A DNA stretch of 63,904 nt, the filler included, from an uncultured Gemmatimonadota bacterium (lineage in GTDB: Bacteria > GCA-2686955): assembly GCA_964490075.1 (NCBI GenBank). It is 3 parts of 3 records of this genome, joined end to end, with 100 filler letters (N's around TTAATTAATTAA, not from the genome) between each part and the next. Parts side by side here need not be neighbours in the genome. Positions count along the whole stretch, not along the records: positions 56,178 to 63,904 come from CAZBBK010000109.1; 2 more parts are not named here. One strand, 5' to 3'. Position 1 is the first letter of the stretch. The number at the start of each line of letters is the position of its first letter. The notes below the pieces were generated by a model. The model worked only from the letters and a program-made list of their open reading frames with translations, did no database searches and had not been told where the DNA came from. This document shows positions 60,533 through 63,904 of this stretch, piece after piece. The translations under genes and the position numbers were made by a program.

Positions 60533-61479
60533 CCGAGCTCACCTGCTCATTGCTCACCTGTGGCTACGAAGAAGACCACGATTTCACCATGGACGACTAC
60601 GCCGGGCGCCAGCCGCGCTGGTGTCCCGGTTGCGGCGACCACGGAGTCCTCACCGCCACCCAGCGTCTGCTGGAGGCGGAGCAGCTCAAGCCGGAAGAGA
60701 CGGTATTCGTCTCCGGGATCGGCTGCTCGAGCCGCTTCCCGCACTACGTGAAGACCTACGGCTTCCACGGCATCCACGGGCGGGCTCTGCCGGTGGCCAC
60801 CGGGGTGCGCCTGGCGCGGCCCGACCTCAAGGTGTTCGCGGTGATGGGCGACGGCGATTGTTGCTCGATCGGCGCCGGGCACTGGATCCATGCCATCCGC
60901 TACAACGTCGACATGGTCACGCTCCTTCTCGACAACAACATTTATGGACTGACCAAGAACCAGACCTCGCCGACCTCGCCGCAAGGACACCCCAGCTACA
61001 CCCAGCCCAAGGGCAGCTTCTTGCCGGCGCTCAATCCCACCGCGGCCACGCTCGGAGTGACCAACGCCTCGTTCGTCGCGCAGACCGCCGACTGGGCGCC
61101 CGGCCATCTCTACGAGACCTTGCGCGCCGCCTATCTGCACCGGGGGTTTTCGTTCGTGCGGGTGCTGCAGCGCTGTCCGATATGGACGCCGAAGGTCTTC
61201 GAAGAGGCGGTCGTCGATCCGAAGCACACCGTGATGCTGACCCACGAGCGCGGCATCGACGACGATGTCTCCCGAGCGATCTACACCAACACCGAGCGCC
61301 ACGATCCCGCCGATCTGGTCGAGGCGCACCGCCTCGCGAACGAGCCCGGGGTGCGCATCGGCCTGTTCTACCGCGACGAATCGGCGCCGCGCTACGAAGA
61401 GACTCGGCGGATGCCGGTCTACACCGCCGAAGAGAAGATCGAGATCCTCGACAAGGAGCTGGATCGTTATGCCGTCTGA
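60529..61479 (+). CDS. korB: 2-oxoacid:ferredoxin oxidoreductase beta subunit (TPP-binding)
   Basis: WCPGCGD, SGIGCSSR, HGR, GDGD and NNIYGLTKNQTSPT. ATGA overlap with korA. Confidence 0.94.
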   Translation: MTELTCSLLTCGYEEDHDFTMDDYAGRQPRWCPGCGDHGVLTATQRLLEAEQLKPEETVFVSGIGCSSRFPHYVKTYGFHGIHGRALPVATGVRLARPDLKVFAVMGDGDCCSIGAGHWIHAIRYNVDMVTLLLDNNIYGLTKNQTSPTSPQGHPSYTQPKGSFLPALNPTAATLGVTNASFVAQTADWAPGHLYETLRAAYLHRGFSFVRVLQRCPIWTPKVFEEAVVDPKHTVMLTHERGIDDDVSRAIYTNTERHDPADLVEAHRLANEPGVRIGLFYRDESAPRYEETRRMPVYTAEEKIEILDKELDRYAV

Positions 61480-62539
61480 CAAACGCCAAGAGCTCGCCCT
61501 CGGTGCCCTCACCGGACCGCTCACCCATTTCCGTTCCTGCCTGGCCGCCACCGTTGAAGAGATCCGCGGGCAGATCGCGGCGAACCGGGAGAACGGCGCC
61601 CTGGCCGGCGCCGATCTGGGCCAGTTCGGCACCGCGCACATCGACTTCGAGCGTTTCGCGATTCTGACCTCTCCGCGGCGCGGACTGGATGCCGACGTGG
61701 CGCTCGAGATCCAGGGCGCCGCGGCGGTGTTGAGCGAGCTGGTGGAGCGCGAATCCGCGCTCTTCTGCACCGAAGTCGCACCGGGCGGATCGCTGCGCGA
61801 CACGGTGGCGGCGGCCCTGGCGGACGCCGGCAGGGCCTTCGGCAGCGCCCGCTTGATCGAGCGCCTGCGCTCGGATGGCGAGCCTCCCGAAGGGGGCGCG
61901 GAGGCGTCGAAGGAGTTCCCCTTCGAGCGCTGGAACCCCGCCGAGCGCCACATCGCGCCGCCCCTGGTTGTGGGTGTGCGCGGCGCCGACCTGCACGCCG
62001 ACGAGCTGGTCGGGTTCCTGGACGGCACGCAGAAGATCGTGCTGCTGGTCGATGGCGAGGCACCGCCGGCCGCCTGCGCGCGCCTGATCTCGCCCGGGAC
62101 CTTCGTTGCCCAGGCCACCGAGCCCGAGGTGCTCGACCGTCTCGGCGGCTTCGACGGCCCCGGCCTGGTGGCCTGGATGGAGGAAGGGGTCGCCCTCTTC
62201 ACCCACGACCCGCACGGCGGTGGCCGGCTCTCCGACCGGCTGCACGTCGACTCGTTGCCGGAGCAGCGCCCGCACCACACGGTGGGCGGTCGCAGCGTGC
62301 GCCAACAGCTCGAGGATCTGCGCCAGCTCAGGACCCTCTCCGAGGAGTTCTGCGAGGCCGCCGGGGCCGCCGCCCCCGCCGCGTCCAGCGAGGCGGCCGC
62401 CTCCGAAGAGTCACCCGCGCCGCCCGGCGATGCCGCCGCGGCGCCACCCGCGGCCGCGGAGCCTCCGGCCCAAGCCTCCCCGACCCAAGAGCTGGCCCGC
62501 TGGATCCTCTCCCGGACCGACCTCAGCGACCTGCCCTGA
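61469..62539 (+). CDS. Hypothetical protein with degenerate similarity to the PFOR C-terminal TPP-binding domain
   Basis: Overlaps the korB stop. Segments PPLVVGVRG, KIVLLV, TFVAQ, FDGPGL and LFTHDP occur in PFOR-like order, followed by an Ala/Pro linker near the end. Confidence 0.7.
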   Translation: MPSDKRQELALGALTGPLTHFRSCLAATVEEIRGQIAANRENGALAGADLGQFGTAHIDFERFAILTSPRRGLDADVALEIQGAAAVLSELVERESALFCTEVAPGGSLRDTVAAALADAGRAFGSARLIERLRSDGEPPEGGAEASKEFPFERWNPAERHIAPPLVVGVRGADLHADELVGFLDGTQKIVLLVDGEAPPAACARLISPGTFVAQATEPEVLDRLGGFDGPGLVAWMEEGVALFTHDPHGGGRLSDRLHVDSLPEQRPHHTVGGRSVRQQLEDLRQLRTLSEEFCEAAGAAAPAASSEAAASEESPAPPGDAAAAPPAAAEPPAQASPTQELARWILSRTDLSDLP

Positions 62540-62561
62540 CCCGGCCTCAAGGAGCGCCAAC

Positions 62562-63404
62562 GTGGTCCTCGTCTCGGCACTGATCCTGGGCGGCGTGGGA
62601 TTGACCTTCGGAACCCTGATCGCCGTCGCCAACAAGAAGCTCAAGGTCGATGAAGACCCGCGCATCGACGCGGTCGACGAGATCTTGCCCGGCTCCAATT
62701 GCGGCGCCTGCGGCTACGCCGGCTGTCGCTCCTTCGCCGAGGGAGTGGTCGGCGGCGAGGTGCAGCCGGCCGCCTGCACCCAGATGAGCGCGGATGCGAT
62801 CGAGGCGGTGGCGGACTTCCTCGGGGTGGAGGCCGGAGAGGCCCAGAAGCGGGTCGCGCGGCTGCTCTGCGCGGGCGGCTCGGCGGTCGCCGGACAGGAA
62901 GCCGAGTACGTCGGAGCGCAGAGCTGCATCGCCGCCGCGGGGGTCGCCGGGGGCGGCAAGGGTTGCTCCTGGGGCTGCCTGGGGCTGGCCGACTGCGTGG
63001 TGGTTTGCGACTACGACGCGATCCACATGAACGAGCAGGAGCTGCCGGTGGTGACGCCGGAGCTCTGCACGGCCTGCGGCGATTGTGTCGAGGCCTGTCC
63101 CAAGGAGCTCTTGGTGATCATGCCGCTCGAGCATTCCTTGCTGGTGCAGTGTCGCAGCGCCCTGGAAGGGGACGCCGCCGAGGCGCTCTGCGCGGTCGCC
63201 TGCACCGGTTGTGGAAAATGTGTCGCCGATGCCGCCCCGGGGCTGATCGAAATGGTGCGCGGCCTGCCGGTGATCGACTATTCGAAGAACCACCTGGCGG
63301 ATCCCGCGGCGACCAGCGGCTGCCCGACGGGCGCGATCGTCTGGGTCGATGGGACCCAGCAGCTCGAGCCGAGCCTCGAGCGCTCAGGGAGTGCCAGCGC
63401 ATGA
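62562..63404 (+). CDS. rnfB: RnfB-like membrane-anchored polyferredoxin
   Basis: AAGGAG RBS, N-terminal TM, EDPRI, LPGSNCGACGYAGC, CSWGCLGLADCVVVC, CTACGDCVEACP and CTGCGKC. Confidence 0.9.
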   Translation: MVLVSALILGGVGLTFGTLIAVANKKLKVDEDPRIDAVDEILPGSNCGACGYAGCRSFAEGVVGGEVQPAACTQMSADAIEAVADFLGVEAGEAQKRVARLLCAGGSAVAGQEAEYVGAQSCIAAAGVAGGGKGCSWGCLGLADCVVVCDYDAIHMNEQELPVVTPELCTACGDCVEACPKELLVIMPLEHSLLVQCRSALEGDAAEALCAVACTGCGKCVADAAPGLIEMVRGLPVIDYSKNHLADPAATSGCPTGAIVWVDGTQQLEPSLERSGSASA

Positions 63405-63904
63405 GCAAGCACAGTCAGCAACAGAAATCCAGCGCGCCGCGGCACCCGGGCCAGGCGCGAACGATCGACGGTGGCGCGGCGGTGGTCGCGGTGGAGCGCG
63501 CGGCGAGCGACGCCGCGGCGGCCTATCCGGGCGTCCCCGCGGCACAGATGGGGCAGGCCTGGGCGGAGGCGGTGGCCGCGGGCGAGACCAACCTGCGGGG
63601 GCGGCCGCTCTCTTTCTTCGAGGCCGAGAGCGAGATCGCGGCGGCCGCGATCAGCGCGGGCCTGAGCATGACCGGTCTGCGCGCGACCGCGTTCAGCGCC
63701 GGCCAGGGGCTCGCGGCGATGCACGAGTCGCTCTTCGCCGCCGCCGGCAAGCGGCTGCCCTTCGTGCTGCACGTCGCCTGCCGGGCGCTCACTAAGCAGG
63801 CGCAGAGCGTGCACACCGGCCACGACGACTACCACGCGGTGGACGACAGCGGCCTCTTTCAGCTCTTCGCGAGCGACGTGCAGGGCGCCTGCGATCTGGC
63901 GCTG
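63401..63904 (+). CDS. Pyruvate:ferredoxin oxidoreductase-like protein, N-terminal part (runs off window)
   Basis: Translated by hand from ATG 63401: IDGGAAVV..E, AYPGVPAAQM, EAESEIAAA, GLRATAFSAGQGL, MHESL, GKRLPFVLHVACRALTKQ and GHDDYH. Confidence 0.85.
   Translation, partial: MSKHSQQQKSSAPRHPGQARTIDGGAAVVAVERAASDAAAAYPGVPAAQMGQAWAEAVAAGETNLRGRPLSFFEAESEIAAAAISAGLSMTGLRATAFSAGQGLAAMHESLFAAAGKRLPFVLHVACRALTKQAQSVHTGHDDYHAVDDSGLFQLFASDVQGACDLAL

Overview
GC-rich bacterial sequence made of three separate contigs (1-28692, 28793-56077, 56178-63904). They are joined by artificial N44-TTAATTAATTAA-N44 spacers, so adjacency across the gaps is not biological. Gene content (PorU/PorV-like proteins, a FlgD-type C-terminal domain, a DGGGP-synthase-like UbiA) suggests a diderm, FCB-related lineage; this is inference, and the 16S fragment can settle it. 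Contig 1 holds a surface-glycan locus: two AlkP-superfamily paralogues, GT2, Wzx flippase, a eukaryote-type UDP-galactopyranose mutase, a three-domain GT4-GT4-WecB/TagA fusion, a B12 radical SAM enzyme and a Wza-like exporter. The locus is interrupted by a sigma54 two-component pair and an AT-hook/XRE/TPR regulator. It is followed by mreBCD-mrdA-rodA, an M1 peptidase, decayed MNT-HEPN and beta-helix relics, and an FG-GAP propeller protein. Contig 2 holds a decayed MNT-HEPN pair, a HipBST-type toxin-antitoxin operon, and a PorV-PorU-PorV sortase cluster with unknown outer-membrane proteins, Omp85 and the prenyltransferase. After that come tRNA-Gln, M23 peptidase, coaX, GT2/GT87, PBP1A, a small gene behind a sigma54 promoter, and the start of an rRNA operon whose leader has 57-nt hairpin repeats. 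Contig 3 holds a subtilase with an unusual 10-residue Gly/Asn repeat tail behind a sigma54 promoter, and a korAB operon continuing into a degenerate PFOR-like module, a lone rnfB and a PFOR-like gene with an altered active-site loop. The best candidates for undescribed systems are the T9SS-like sortase/lipid-anchor cluster, the Kor/pseudo-PFOR/RnfB complex and the repeat-tailed subtilase. All family calls come from motif recognition by eye; no searches were run.
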